From positions 64,001 to 128,000 of the forward strand of contig CAWBQK010000015.1 in the NCBI GenBank assembly GCA_963791045.1: a stretch of 64,000 bases of DNA, read 5' to 3'. The notes under the pieces are model-generated. The model saw only the letters and a list, made by a program, of their open reading frames with translations. It was not told the DNA's origin and did no database searches. The DNA is from Candidatus Latescibacterota bacterium. GTDB lineage: Bacteria > Krumholzibacteriota > Krumholzibacteriia > WVZY01. Below, piece by piece: positions 1 through 9,656 of the stretch (position 1 is its first letter; each line of letters begins with the position of its first letter). The translations under genes and the position numbers were made by a program.

Positions 1-377
1 ATGATACCGAGCGCGAGAGCCGGGGCAAAGATATCGCCGAGAAGAAGGAAACTGATATTTTTTTTCTGTGAAAAAACGAATCCGCAAAAGAACGCCAGCA
101 GAAATCCTCCGTAAAGAGTCGCCCCTCCCTGCCACAGGGCAAAGACATCGATAAAGCTCTGGTACTCGGTTATGTGGAACGCCACGTACAAAAGGCGCGA
201 GCCAATGACGCCTGCCAGAATCAGATAGACGCTCAAGTCGAGAATATTTTGTGGATCGATTCCGAACCGCTTCGCGCGATAACTCGACAAATAGATTCCG
301 GCGAGAAAGCTAATGGCAAGCATGAATCCAAACGAGTAAACGCTGAACCTTCCAATTTCAATCAGTACCGGATGCAT
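1..377 (-). CDS. lgt: Prolipoprotein diacylglyceryl transferase, 5' part (runs off window start)
   Basis: Not in ORF track. Manual translation from ATG at 377 gives MHPVLIEIGRFSVYSFGFMLAISFLAG...GVIGSRLLYV...VFALWQGGATLYGG, matching the Lgt N-terminus and WxGG motif. Confidence 0.9.
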   Translation of the reverse strand, partial: MHPVLIEIGRFSVYSFGFMLAISFLAGIYLSSYRAKRFGIDPQNILDLSVYLILAGVIGSRLLYVAFHITEYQSFIDVFALWQGGATLYGGFLLAFFCGFVFSQKKNISFLLLGDIFAPALALGI

Positions 378-440
378 ATCGGCCTTTCATCGCGGATCGT
401 TCCCGCCGCGTTGCCGGGACGGACGCATGCCGCCCGGCAG

Positions 441-1688
441 CTAGTACTCATACCACCGCACGCTACAGTTTAGTAGAAACCCGACAAAGAAGCAACTCAC
501 CACAAGCGAGCTACCCCCGTAACTAAGGAATGGAAGTGGGATACCTGTAACGGGCGCCATCCCGGTCGTCATCGCCACGTTAATAAACACCTGAAAAAAG
601 AAGTATGCGGCGATCGCGATGCACATCGTGCTCGCAAACTCACTCTTGGCCTTGTCGGCAAGGAACAGCGCGCGAACAATAAGAACGGTAAAGAGAATCA
701 GCACCAGGAGCGCGCCGATAAAACCGACCTCCTCTCCGAGCACCGAAAATACGAAGTCGGTATGCTTGGCAGGCAAGAACTCGAGCGCCTTCTGCGTTCC
801 AAGCAGAAAACCCTTCCCGGACAAGCCGCCCGATCCAATCGCGATCTTGGATTGAAAAACCTGCCAGCCTTCGTCCAGCCGGTTCGAACCAGGATCGAGA
901 AAACTGATGATCCTGTCCTGCTGGTACAACTTGAGGCGCTGCCAGGCAAACGGAAGCAAAAGGCCGAACCCGAGGTTGGCCCCAATCAGGGCCATGCTCG
1001 CCTTCGTATCCGCCCGCTTTAAATACGCCACAATAAATATAAACACGATATAGATCCCGAACGGCCACGGGTTACCCGTGATCTTTTCGCCATAAATAAT
1101 CAGAAGGATCGCGACGATCGGGGAGAGGAAGAAAAAAATCTGATACCCCTTGACACCCCGCCAATAAAGAACGGGCAGGAGAATCACGAACAAAACGATC
1201 GCCGTTCCAAGATCAGGCTGCCTCAAAACGAGAAGAAAAGGAAGCAGTGAAATGCCCAGGGCAAAGAGCACTTTTCGCATCCTGTCGGAACCACCGCGCT
1301 GACCGGCGAGAACACGCGCCCACACAAACATGAGCGCTATTTTCATTAGCTCGGAGGGCTGGAGTTTCATCGGGCCGAGCGAAATCCACCGCTGAGTGTG
1401 CGACCCACCTCCGATAAAAAGAACCAGAATGAGAAGAAAAACGCCCAGCGCATAGAAAACATAGGCAAGCGCCTCGAAGAATCGGAAGGGCACGGCAAAA
1501 CCAATCACCGCGGCGATAAAACCGAGGCACACCCATATGAGCTGACGGGTGAAATACGTGTTGTCAATTTCTTCCGCAAACCCGGCCTGGTGCGGATGAA
1601 AGATCGAGTAGATCAATCCCAGCCCGACGACTATGAGCGTCACTGTGGTTATCACCACCAGCCAGTCAAAATCACCGCGGGTTCTCAT
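441..1688 (-). CDS. rodA: Rod shape-determining SEDS glycosyltransferase RodA
   Basis: RWI-x-LG-x3-QPSE, QPDLGT, IGSGG, HTDF and PFLSYGGSS motifs; directly downstream of PBP2. Confidence 0.95.
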   Translation of the reverse strand: MRTRGDFDWLVVITTVTLIVVGLGLIYSIFHPHQAGFAEEIDNTYFTRQLIWVCLGFIAAVIGFAVPFRFFEALAYVFYALGVFLLILVLFIGGGSHTQRWISLGPMKLQPSELMKIALMFVWARVLAGQRGGSDRMRKVLFALGISLLPFLLVLRQPDLGTAIVLFVILLPVLYWRGVKGYQIFFFLSPIVAILLIIYGEKITGNPWPFGIYIVFIFIVAYLKRADTKASMALIGANLGFGLLLPFAWQRLKLYQQDRIISFLDPGSNRLDEGWQVFQSKIAIGSGGLSGKGFLLGTQKALEFLPAKHTDFVFSVLGEEVGFIGALLVLILFTVLIVRALFLADKAKSEFASTMCIAIAAYFFFQVFINVAMTTGMAPVTGIPLPFLSYGGSSLVVSCFFVGFLLNCSVRWYEY

Positions 1689-3524
1689 TCTTGTTCGCTT
1701 TCCGTCTGCGTTTCCGCCGCCGTCGATCGGGTTACCACCGTGTCGGGCGGATCGAGATTGAAGTAGGCCTTGTAAAATTCACGCGACATCGGAGCCGCCA
1801 CTGCGCCTCCGTGCCCCGCGTTTTCAACAACGATCGCGATGCTAATTTCCGGATTTTCCGCGGGCGCATAGCCGATGAACAACGCGTGGTCTTCACCGTG
1901 AGGGTTCTGGGAAGTTCCGGTCTTGCCCGCCGCTTTGAAACCCCGAATCCGGCTGCCTTTCGCGGTTCCATGCTCGTCCCACACGACGCCGGTCATCGCA
2001 TTGCCGATAAAGTCGATCATCCTGTCGGACAAATGCCTTATCTTCTTTTTTACGAACACTTCCCGCATGGGCTCGCCTTCGATTTCGCCGATCACGTGGG
2101 GCTGCACGAGGTAGCCGCCGTTCGCGAAGGCCGCGGACACCCGGCACATCTGGAGCACGGTGGCAAGAAACTCACCCTGCCCGATAATATTGTTCAGGAC
2201 GAGGCCTTGTGTCCATTTCCCTTTTCCAAAACGCCGGTTGTAGTATTCGCGGTCGGGCACAAGCCCTCTCGCCTCGTTGGGAAGGTCGATCCCCGTATCG
2301 GCGCCGATTCCAAACTCCTGGGCCGCCTGCGCGAGTTCATCCACGTTTAGTACTTCCGCGACCTTGTAAGAAATAAGAATCGCATGATTGGACGATGCCG
2401 CCGTACAAATCCATATAACCGTGCCCGCCGGATTTCCAACACTTGAACACACGGTTGCCAAACCTGTACGCGCCGGTACAATAAACAATCGACTCGCCCG
2501 GATCCACGACACGGTTGAGAAGTATCGAATACGCGCTAACCACCTTGAAGGTCGACCCGGGCGGGTATGTCGCGCGGAGAAACCTGTTGAACATCGGTTT
2601 GTCCGGCGCGTTGTTGAGCCGGTTCCATTGTTCCGAGTCGATTCCGTGGGCAAAGCTGTTCGGGTCGAACTGCGGAAGACTGACCGCCGCTATTATCGAA
2701 CCGTCCTCGACGTTCATCACGACGGCCGCACCCTTCCCCCACGGGGCGATTAGATCCTCGAGCGTTTGTTGAGCCCGCGCATCGATGGTGAGAGTCACGT
2801 TCATTCCGGGATGGGGCGGACGCGAGAGATGGGGCAATTCGCCGAGAACCGTGCCCGACGCGTTGACTGCAACGACGCGTTGGCCGTCTTCTCCCTTGAG
2901 ATATTCTTCGCACACGCTCTCGATACCGGTTCTCCCAACCAAATCTCCCGCGAAATACCCCCCGGACTTGTTGTCGGCGAGAAACTGATCGTTCGCCTCT
3001 CCGACATACCCGAGGAGGTGGGCGGCAAACATCCCTTCGCGATACCGGCGTGTGGCCCTGGTACTCACACGAAGTTGAGGGAACAAATCGAAGTTTTCTC
3101 TCACGAACGAAATGACTACCTTGTTCGCGTCTTTTATCAACGGGAATGCCGCTCCCGCATTCCTCCTCTGCCACGCATCGAAGCGTGTGAACACCCTCGT
3201 CGAGTCCACGGGAAAATAATCAGAAAGATCCGCCACGATGTCGCGAATCATGCCTCTGTGCCGCCACGGCAGCATGATGTCAAAACTCGGAACGTTGTCG
3301 ACGAGATCGATTCCATTCCGGTCCTTTATCAAGCCGCGAGGGGAAACGATTCTTTCGCGTTGAAGTTGATTCTCCTGAGCGTACTGAGAGTAGTAATCAT
3401 GCTTGACATGCTGAAGAAAGAAAAGCCGACCGACGAGGACTGCAAACAACACGATCACAAACGCGACGAGCCACTGCACCCTGCCTTTTCCACGGTGTTC
3501 GTCCCTAGGATCGCGTTTTGCCAA
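1685..3524 (-). CDS. mrdA: Penicillin-binding protein 2, split by one +1 indel near 2369
   Basis: ORF 2337-3524 has TM, dimerisation domain, YPPGSTFK and SCD; ORF 1685-2653 has KTGT. Removing one base joins SCDSYF-YKVAEVL. Confidence 0.92.
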
Positions 3525-4008
3525 GGTACCTCACCACCTCGCGCAGCGCGTAGGTAACGATCTGGTGAACCAACACGCCTACAATCGCCGTATACAATGC
3601 GGAAGGAATCGATACCGTCACCCACATGAGGAAAAACTTGCCGAGGCTAAGCCCGGTGAAGAAAAGCAGATAAATAAAATCATGAAAGAGCGCCGCACCG
3701 CCGAGGAGCGCGAAAAGAAAAACGGAGCTTTCCGGCTCGGTTTTGGCACCGGCCGTTCCAAGCACGTATCCAACGATGGTTTTGGTCAGGGCATTCAAGC
3801 CAAGAAACCCCGGATTGAAAAGATCCTGGATAACACCGACCAGGAAACCGACGACGGAACCGCGAATCGATCCCTTGAACACGGCGAGATAAGCTACGAT
3901 GAGCAGCGGAAAATCCGGCTGCACGCGCCCGATCGAGATCTTGTCGGCCAGGAGAACCTGGAGCAGGAAAAATACGGCAAGAACGGTTCCCAGTGGAGTA
4001 CCTCTCAT
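3505..4008 (-). CDS. mreD: Rod shape-determining protein MreD
   Basis: Hydrophobic 167 aa protein with PD and G-x3-G-x3-D motifs, between mreC and mrdA. Confidence 0.9.
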   Translation of the reverse strand: MRGTPLGTVLAVFFLLQVLLADKISIGRVQPDFPLLIVAYLAVFKGSIRGSVVGFLVGVIQDLFNPGFLGLNALTKTIVGYVLGTAGAKTEPESSVFLFALLGGAALFHDFIYLLFFTGLSLGKFFLMWVTVSIPSALYTAIVGVLVHQIVTYALREVVRYLGKTRS

Positions 4009-4865
4009 CGCTCTTCTCCGAATATCTCTTTGACCAGCGTCGAGTCATGCACGTCGTAAAAGATCCCATGTTCCCACGGGATCTCATCCGTCACGACGAA
4101 TACCTCTTCGAGCGACCTGAAATTTATGTCACTGATCGCCTCAACCTTGAGGCTCACGCCGTCCATCTGCTTGTTAACCTTGCTCACCAGCGCGACGGAG
4201 AACCCTTTCGGAACAACTCCACCGAAACCGCTGGTAATGAGCGTGTCGCCAACCTGAACATCATCCACAACACTCACGTTCTTCATCTCGAAATAAGAGA
4301 AGTGACTCCACTCAAGAATCCCGACGACGCGGCTTCTCCTGTCGAGACAGCTGACCGGATTGTTTCGACTGCAAATCAGCTGAACCCAGGATGAATTCTC
4401 GAACACATGGGACACACGCCCCACATAGCCGCCGTAGGACAAGACCGGCATCCTCACGCTAATCGAATCCGCCGCCCCCTTATCGATCACCAGCGTCGTC
4501 TGAAACCGGTCGAGGTTGCGTCCGATGACTTCACACGGCACAAGTTTGAGAAATTGATCCTCTTTGAAGTCGGCAAGCCGGCGCAAGCGTTCGCGCTCGT
4601 CCCTGAACTGGAGAAGTCGTTCGCGTTCGTGCATCAGACTCGCGACCATCCGCCTGAGCTCGCGGTTTTCTCCGCGAATCGTCATCAGGCCCTCGACATA
4701 ATCGGTTGAGCTGTATATCGGGTACAAAATCGCGTTGAGCGTGACCTGGGCCATCGACATTTTCGACGGCTGCGGGATCAGCATCAGCGACACGGACAGG
4801 ATAACGAGAATGGCAAGAACTGTCTTCTCGCGGTGTCGGCGAAAGAGTAGATCGAAGATCGGCAT
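4005..4865 (-). CDS. mreC: Rod shape-determining protein MreC
   Basis: N-terminal TM, coiled coil (ENRELR), IDKG and GDTLITSGFGGVVPKG motifs. Confidence 0.93.
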   Translation of the reverse strand: MPIFDLLFRRHREKTVLAILVILSVSLMLIPQPSKMSMAQVTLNAILYPIYSSTDYVEGLMTIRGENRELRRMVASLMHERERLLQFRDERERLRRLADFKEDQFLKLVPCEVIGRNLDRFQTTLVIDKGAADSISVRMPVLSYGGYVGRVSHVFENSSWVQLICSRNNPVSCLDRRSRVVGILEWSHFSYFEMKNVSVVDDVQVGDTLITSGFGGVVPKGFSVALVSKVNKQMDGVSLKVEAISDINFRSLEEVFVVTDEIPWEHGIFYDVHDSTLVKEIFGEER

Positions 4866-4866
4866 G

Positions 4867-5907
4867 CTAGTCGTGGATGCTCTGCATCAAGATCCGTTCG
4901 TACAAATGAACATTATCGAGTACTTTTCCCGCCCCGAGAACGACGCAAAGGAGCGGATCGTCAACCACGTTTATAGGCAGGTTCGTCTGTTCCTTGAACA
5001 GAGTATCGAGCCCTCTCAACAACGAGCCACCCCCCGTCATAACAATCCCGCGGTCGACGATATCGGCGGCGAGTTCGGGCGGTGTCTCTTCGAGAGCTTG
5101 TTTGAGCGCTTCAACGATCTGTGATATCGGTTCGCTGAGCGCCTCGCGGATTTCTGCGCTGTTGAGCTTGAGAGTTTTCGGAATACCGGCGACAAGATCC
5201 CGCCCCTTGACTTCCATTTCCAGTTCCGTCTCCATCTGCCACGCCGTACCGATTCTCATCTTGATCATCTCGGCGGTTTGTTCACCGATGAGCATGTTGT
5301 ACGTTTTTTTCACATGCTGGACAATAGCCTCGTCCATCTCATCGCCCGCAACTCGAATCGAGCTGTTCGCCACGATGCCGTCGAGCGCAATAACCGCGAT
5401 CTCGGTCGTCCCGCCTCCGATATCGATAACCATGTTTCCCGCCGGCTTGTCGACTGGAAGCCCGACACCGATCGCCGCGGCTATCGGTTCGGAGATAAGA
5501 AACACTTCGCGCGCACCCGCATGTTCGGCACTGTCTCGCACGGCACGGCGTTCAACCTCTGTGATTCCCGAGGGAACGGCCACGACGATTCTGGGCCTTA
5601 TGAAAAGCTTTTTCTGCTGCGACTTGCGGATAAAAACCCTCAACATCTTTTCGGTGATCTCGAAATCAGCGATTACGCCGTCCTTCATCGGACGAATCGC
5701 CGCGATGTGATCGGGCGTCTTGCCAAGCATCGCTTTCGCTTCAGCCCCGACGGCATAGACCTTCCCAGTCGACTGGTCCACGGCTACAACCGATGGCTCG
5801 TTGAGAACGATTCCCTCTCCCTTTACGAAGACGAGTGTGTTCGCCGTACCCAGATCGATGGCAACGTCATTTGAAAGAAAATTTGAAAACCAGGAAATCA
5901 CCGACAA
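4867..5907 (-). CDS. mreB: Actin-like rod shape-determining protein MreB
   Basis: [26 protein letters not shown] and TGGG motifs; TTG start. Confidence 0.97.
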   Translation of the reverse strand: MSVISWFSNFLSNDVAIDLGTANTLVFVKGEGIVLNEPSVVAVDQSTGKVYAVGAEAKAMLGKTPDHIAAIRPMKDGVIADFEITEKMLRVFIRKSQQKKLFIRPRIVVAVPSGITEVERRAVRDSAEHAGAREVFLISEPIAAAIGVGLPVDKPAGNMVIDIGGGTTEIAVIALDGIVANSSIRVAGDEMDEAIVQHVKKTYNMLIGEQTAEMIKMRIGTAWQMETELEMEVKGRDLVAGIPKTLKLNSAEIREALSEPISQIVEALKQALEETPPELAADIVDRGIVMTGGGSLLRGLDTLFKEQTNLPINVVDDPLLCVVLGAGKVLDNVHLYERILMQSIHD

Positions 5908-5943
5908 TCACTGTCCTTTCCTGCGCGCTCTCGGGCGTGCGAA

Positions 5944-6630
5944 TCAAAACACTCCGGATTCCTTGAGACTCTGATACCGGCCGGACCCTATAATCACGTG
6001 GTCGAGAAGTTGAATGCCTATTAGCTCGCCACATTTTGCAAACCGTTTTGTAAACTCGACGTCCTCTTTGCTCGGGGCGGGATCGCCGGTTGGATGATTG
6101 TGAACGAGTATGATCGATGCGGCGCTCGCCGATATCGCCGGTTTCAAGATCTCCCGCGGATGGACTATCGACGCGTTGAGAGATCCGATGGAGACGGTGA
6201 CTATCTTAAGAATCTGGTTCTTAGTATTTAACAGCGCCGCCTTAAAATGTTCCCTGTCGTAATGTTTCATCTCGTCCATGAACAAGCCCGCTATCTCCCC
6301 CGGCCCCTTGATCGACGTGCCCCGCGTCGTCGACATTCGCGTAAATCTTTTTCCGAGTTCAACGGCCGCCATGATCTGGCACGCGCGCGCGAATCCAATT
6401 CCCGACACCTTGACCAGATCATCGAGACCCGCGCGCCCCAGCGAAACGATATCTCCGAAACTCTCGAGAAGCCGATACGAGAGAAAAAGCGCGCTCCCCT
6501 CTTTGGAGCCACGACCAAGTACGATCGCCAACAACTCCTGGAGCGAGAGGTCGGCCGCTCCTATGTGGTAGAGCCTCTCCCGTGGTCTGTCTTCCGGGGG
6601 CAGTCCCTTTACCGAAATACGGTCAGTCAT
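5944..6630 (-). CDS. radC: RadC family JAB-domain protein
   Basis: PRERL, HhH-like segment, VHPRE, HNHPTG and LDHVII motifs; GGGAGG upstream of the ATG run at 6628-6636. Confidence 0.93.
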   Translation of the reverse strand: MTDRISVKGLPPEDRPRERLYHIGAADLSLQELLAIVLGRGSKEGSALFLSYRLLESFGDIVSLGRAGLDDLVKVSGIGFARACQIMAAVELGKRFTRMSTTRGTSIKGPGEIAGLFMDEMKHYDREHFKAALLNTKNQILKIVTVSIGSLNASIVHPREILKPAISASAASIILVHNHPTGDPAPSKEDVEFTKRFAKCGELIGIQLLDHVIIGSGRYQSLKESGVF

Positions 6631-6860
6631 CATCATCCTCCCACACACAACCCACAACCAGAACCGCCACCAAACTCACCCGGAGCCCGGTACTCGTACG
6701 ACAGAATTGTCCACTTCGTTGAGAGCGTTAGACAACCCGGTCGACAACCAAACAGGTTCCGGCGCATGCCCGGGGCATGCCGTCGGTACGGAGGCTAGCA
6801 CCCGAGGCGATTTTACGGCAAGAATTTTATTGGCACGGCGAGTTTGACGGCAAGGATTCT

Positions 6861-6890
6861 TTGCAGCAATCCTCGTGCCGATGCTATATT
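6861..6890 (+). promoter_or_regulatory. Candidate sigma70 promoter for lysC, near-leaderless
   Basis: TTGCAG, 18 bp, then TGc-TATATT extended -10 ending 11 nt before the ATG; no SD motif. Confidence 0.45.
6865..6880 (-). promoter_or_regulatory. Candidate sigma54 -24/-12 site facing the radC-mre operon
   Basis: Minus strand CGGCACG-AGGA-TTGCT (GG-N10-GC). Confidence 0.4.
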
Positions 6891-6901
6891 GAGTCTCAGA
6901 T

Positions 6902-8122
6902 ATGACGAACGGACTCATTGTGCAGAAGTACGGAGGGAGCTCGCTCTCCACTCCGGACCGGATTCGGAAGGTCGCCGAACGGATTGCCTCGCGCTCACGC
7001 GAGGGGCACCGGGTCGTGGTCGCCGTGTCGGCAATGGGGTCGTCAACCGACGAGCTCCTCAAGCTCGCATACGAGATCACTCCTTCCCCTCCCCAGCGCG
7101 AACTCGACATGCTTCTCACCGTCGGGGAGAGAATATCGATGGCGCTGCTCTCGATGGCCCTCAATTCGATGGGCTGCCGGGCGATTTCATTCACCGGCTC
7201 ACAATGCGGGATCGTCACAAACGTCAGTCACACCAGGGCTTTGATCGAAGAAATCAAGGGACACCGGATAGAGGAGGCCCTGGGACAAGGTCATGTGGTC
7301 ATTTTCGCCGGTTTCCAGGGTGTCAGCAGGGCAAGGGAAATTACGACTTTGGGACGGGGCGGGTCGGACACCTCCGCGGTGGCCATCGCCGCCAGCCTGG
7401 GAGCGAGCCGGTGTGAGATCTGTTCCGATGTAGCGGGAGTGTTTACCGCCGACCCGCGGATCGTCAAGAACGCCAAGCGGTTGCCACGAATCAGCTATGA
7501 TGAGATGCTCGAACTCGCCGTCCTGGGAGCCAGGGTGCTCCACTACCGGGCGGCTGAACTTGCGCGCCGTTACCGCGTCCCCGTCGATCTGCTATCGAGT
7601 TTTGACGACTCGGAGGGGACAACCGTGCGCGATGGGAGAGATATGGAACGAGAATGTATTACGGGAGTCACTTCAAACAAGCACGTCGCCTTGATCCGCC
7701 TGTCCGCCGCCGGTGACATCGCCAGCCTCGCCGACCTCCTCAGGCGGTTCGTGGAGGAGGATCTCCGCATTATCAGCTACCAGAGAACCTCACGGGAGTC
7801 GGAAAACACACTCACGCTCGTCGTCGAACCGGAAGCCGTGGCACGCATGAAAGAGATTCTGAGCGCGAGCGCGCAAGGTGCTGGAGGAATCGAGATCGAA
7901 TCCGAAGAAGGCCTATCCTCGGTCTCTGTTGTTGGAAGCGGACTCAGCTGCAGCGCCCGAACCATTGCACGGATCGAAGGAGTGCTGGCGAATACCGGGA
8001 TCCCGGTGTCGTATGTCGGAACATCCACACTGGCGGTCACATGCCTGGTCCCCGAATCGTCACGTGAGAATGCCGTCGGCATACTCCACAGCGCCCTCGT
8101 CGAGACCGACAAATCAAGGTAG
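6902..8122 (+). CDS. lysC: Aspartate kinase (alpha/beta type)
   Basis: VQKYGGSS, VVSAMG, TTLGRGGSD, DVAGVFTADPR motifs; two C-terminal ACT-like domains. Confidence 0.95.
   Translation: MTNGLIVQKYGGSSLSTPDRIRKVAERIASRSREGHRVVVAVSAMGSSTDELLKLAYEITPSPPQRELDMLLTVGERISMALLSMALNSMGCRAISFTGSQCGIVTNVSHTRALIEEIKGHRIEEALGQGHVVIFAGFQGVSRAREITTLGRGGSDTSAVAIAASLGASRCEICSDVAGVFTADPRIVKNAKRLPRISYDEMLELAVLGARVLHYRAAELARRYRVPVDLLSSFDDSEGTTVRDGRDMERECITGVTSNKHVALIRLSAAGDIASLADLLRRFVEEDLRIISYQRTSRESENTLTLVVEPEAVARMKEILSASAQGAGGIEIESEEGLSSVSVVGSGLSCSARTIARIEGVLANTGIPVSYVGTSTLAVTCLVPESSRENAVGILHSALVETDKSR
7643..8122 (+). CDS. Possible aspartate kinase beta subunit from an in-frame internal start
   Basis: In-frame Met248 at the kinase/ACT boundary, preceded by GGGAGAG. 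Confidence 0.5.
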   Translation: MERECITGVTSNKHVALIRLSAAGDIASLADLLRRFVEEDLRIISYQRTSRESENTLTLVVEPEAVARMKEILSASAQGAGGIEIESEEGLSSVSVVGSGLSCSARTIARIEGVLANTGIPVSYVGTSTLAVTCLVPESSRENAVGILHSALVETDKSR

Positions 8123-8206
8123 CACGCCGGGTCCTGTCGTTCCCCTGTCCCAATGGAGACAGTGCGGTCTCAAGAATGAACGTAATCGATGCCACACGTG
8201 CCTGCG

Positions 8207-9430
8207 TCACGCCTTGGCCAGGAGATTCTGCCTCTGTTCCCTCGCGAATTCCACCCAAGTATCATTCGGGTAGTTCCGGATTACACGCTCGTAAAAATCA
8301 TCCGCCTTTTCCACATCCTCGAACGTATTGGAGCAGATTCCGGCCGCGCGGAGAAGCGCGAGGGGCGAATCCGCATTTTCAGGGTACTTCCCCACAAATA
8401 CCTCATAGGCGCGGAGGGCGAGCTTCGGTTTGAGATTTCTTTCCAACCCGAACGCGAGTGTCAGGTGGCACTTTTCGCTGAGCGCAAAGTCCTTGAATCC
8501 CCTCGAGGCCTCCTGATACAACGCCTCGCAGTCCCCCCTCCGGCCCATTCGAAGCAGGAGTTCGCACGCCTTCCGGTAGTTTCGCCGTGCCCCGTCACCG
8601 TCTCGGGACATCGACATGGCGCGGGCGAGTCCGGCATAGCCGGCTGGATCATTGGGCCTGTCTTCGATATAGTGTATGAAATCACCCTGAGCGGCATAAG
8701 ACTCGCCCTTCCTGAGATACCGAATGGCGCGCTGGAGGAGACCATCGGTGCGGCCTTCCGCGTAGTGGCCCGCCGCGATGGCCGAAACGGCCCCCAACGC
8801 GAATCCCGACAGGTGGGCCACATAGGCGACCTGGCCTCCAAAACCACCAAACTGTATCAGCCCGCGGGCCATTTGCATCACGAACCACAAGGCTACGGCG
8901 AAAATCACCGGCATCTGCGCTTTCCCCGCACGCGTAAACGCCTGAAGCGGCATAAATATCCAATACGCGATCTCCATGCGCGAAGAGAGGAAACGGATGG
9001 TGAACGCTCCAAGAAGCCCGGAAACAGCCCCGGAGGCGCCGACAACGCCCATATACGGGTCATGGAGGACGTAAGTATTGAAGATTCCCTGGAGGAGGTT
9101 ACCGATTCCCGCGCATCCGATAAAAATCGATGTAAAGAAAACGGCCCCCATCCTGTCTTCGACGTATCTCCCGAACAAGAACAGGTAGATGAGATTGCCG
9201 AGCAGATGAAGGAACCCGAAGTGGAGAAACGCCGCCGTCACCGCCGTGATGACGTTGGGTTCGTCGGGAAAATAGACCAGCCGGAAGAAATCGAACGGCA
9301 CCGAATCGGCAAAGAACTTATTTGCGGCAAAGAGGAGAATGCAAAGCGCCGTATACGCATAGGTCATCACCGGGACCTTGCGGAGCTTTTGATCGATACC
9401 AACCGGCACGTAATAAAAGAAGTAGACCAT
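8207..9430 (-). CDS. Rhomboid intramembrane serine protease with C-terminal TPR-like domain
   Basis: FLH-x4-HLLGN, GASGA (catalytic Ser) and AHLSG (catalytic His), followed by helical repeats. Confidence 0.88.
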   Translation of the reverse strand: MVYFFYYVPVGIDQKLRKVPVMTYAYTALCILLFAANKFFADSVPFDFFRLVYFPDEPNVITAVTAAFLHFGFLHLLGNLIYLFLFGRYVEDRMGAVFFTSIFIGCAGIGNLLQGIFNTYVLHDPYMGVVGASGAVSGLLGAFTIRFLSSRMEIAYWIFMPLQAFTRAGKAQMPVIFAVALWFVMQMARGLIQFGGFGGQVAYVAHLSGFALGAVSAIAAGHYAEGRTDGLLQRAIRYLRKGESYAAQGDFIHYIEDRPNDPAGYAGLARAMSMSRDGDGARRNYRKACELLLRMGRRGDCEALYQEASRGFKDFALSEKCHLTLAFGLERNLKPKLALRAYEVFVGKYPENADSPLALLRAAGICSNTFEDVEKADDFYERVIRNYPNDTWVEFAREQRQNLLAKA

Positions 9431-9480
9431 TCAGGACAATCCGGCTGAAGTGCAAAAATCGGTCGAAATCGTTTGATACG

Positions 9481-9496
9481 TGCAATTTTCGGGCCT
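9481..9496 (-). promoter_or_regulatory. Candidate sigma54 -24/-12 site upstream of the rhomboid gene
   Basis: Minus strand AGGCCCG-AAAA-TTGCA, about 50 nt upstream of the ATG. Confidence 0.35.
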
Positions 9497-9581
9497 CATC
9501 GGGGCGTCGCGGGCGCCACTCGGGCCCAGAACCACTCCCCAGGGCGCCGAGTGTTGGTGCGGTAAGGGATGCCTTCAGGGC

Positions 9582-9620
9582 AAAAAATAAGAGGGCCCCC
9601 GCAAATGGGAGCCCTCTCTT
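9582..9620 (-). terminator. Intrinsic terminator of the outer-membrane barrel gene
   Basis: AGAGGGCTCCC...GGGGGCCCTCT stem followed by TATTTTTT, about 40 nt after the stop. Confidence 0.8.
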
Positions 9621-9656
9621 TCGGAATCAACCGCTCAAGCAGTTGTAGAGCCGTTT

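Noticed and set aside
2340-2400. Programmed frameshift in mrdA (and likewise in nusA, uvrA, sprA)
   Set aside because: No slippery heptamer or stimulatory structure was seen; similar indels are scattered through the window, so sequencing error is more likely.
5944-6630. radC as a marker of a mobile element or anti-defence island
   Set aside because: Full-length radC upstream of mreBCD is the common chromosomal arrangement, and no integrase or transposase is nearby.
6640-6901. Lysine riboswitch upstream of lysC
   Set aside because: No L-box consensus; the likely promoter sits immediately before the start codon.
8189-9448. Long antisense ORFs (e.g. 8189-9448, 31988-33307, 39316-40533, 61557-62933)
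   Set aside because: Shadow ORFs opposite well-supported genes, expected from GC-rich codon bias; no recognisable motifs.
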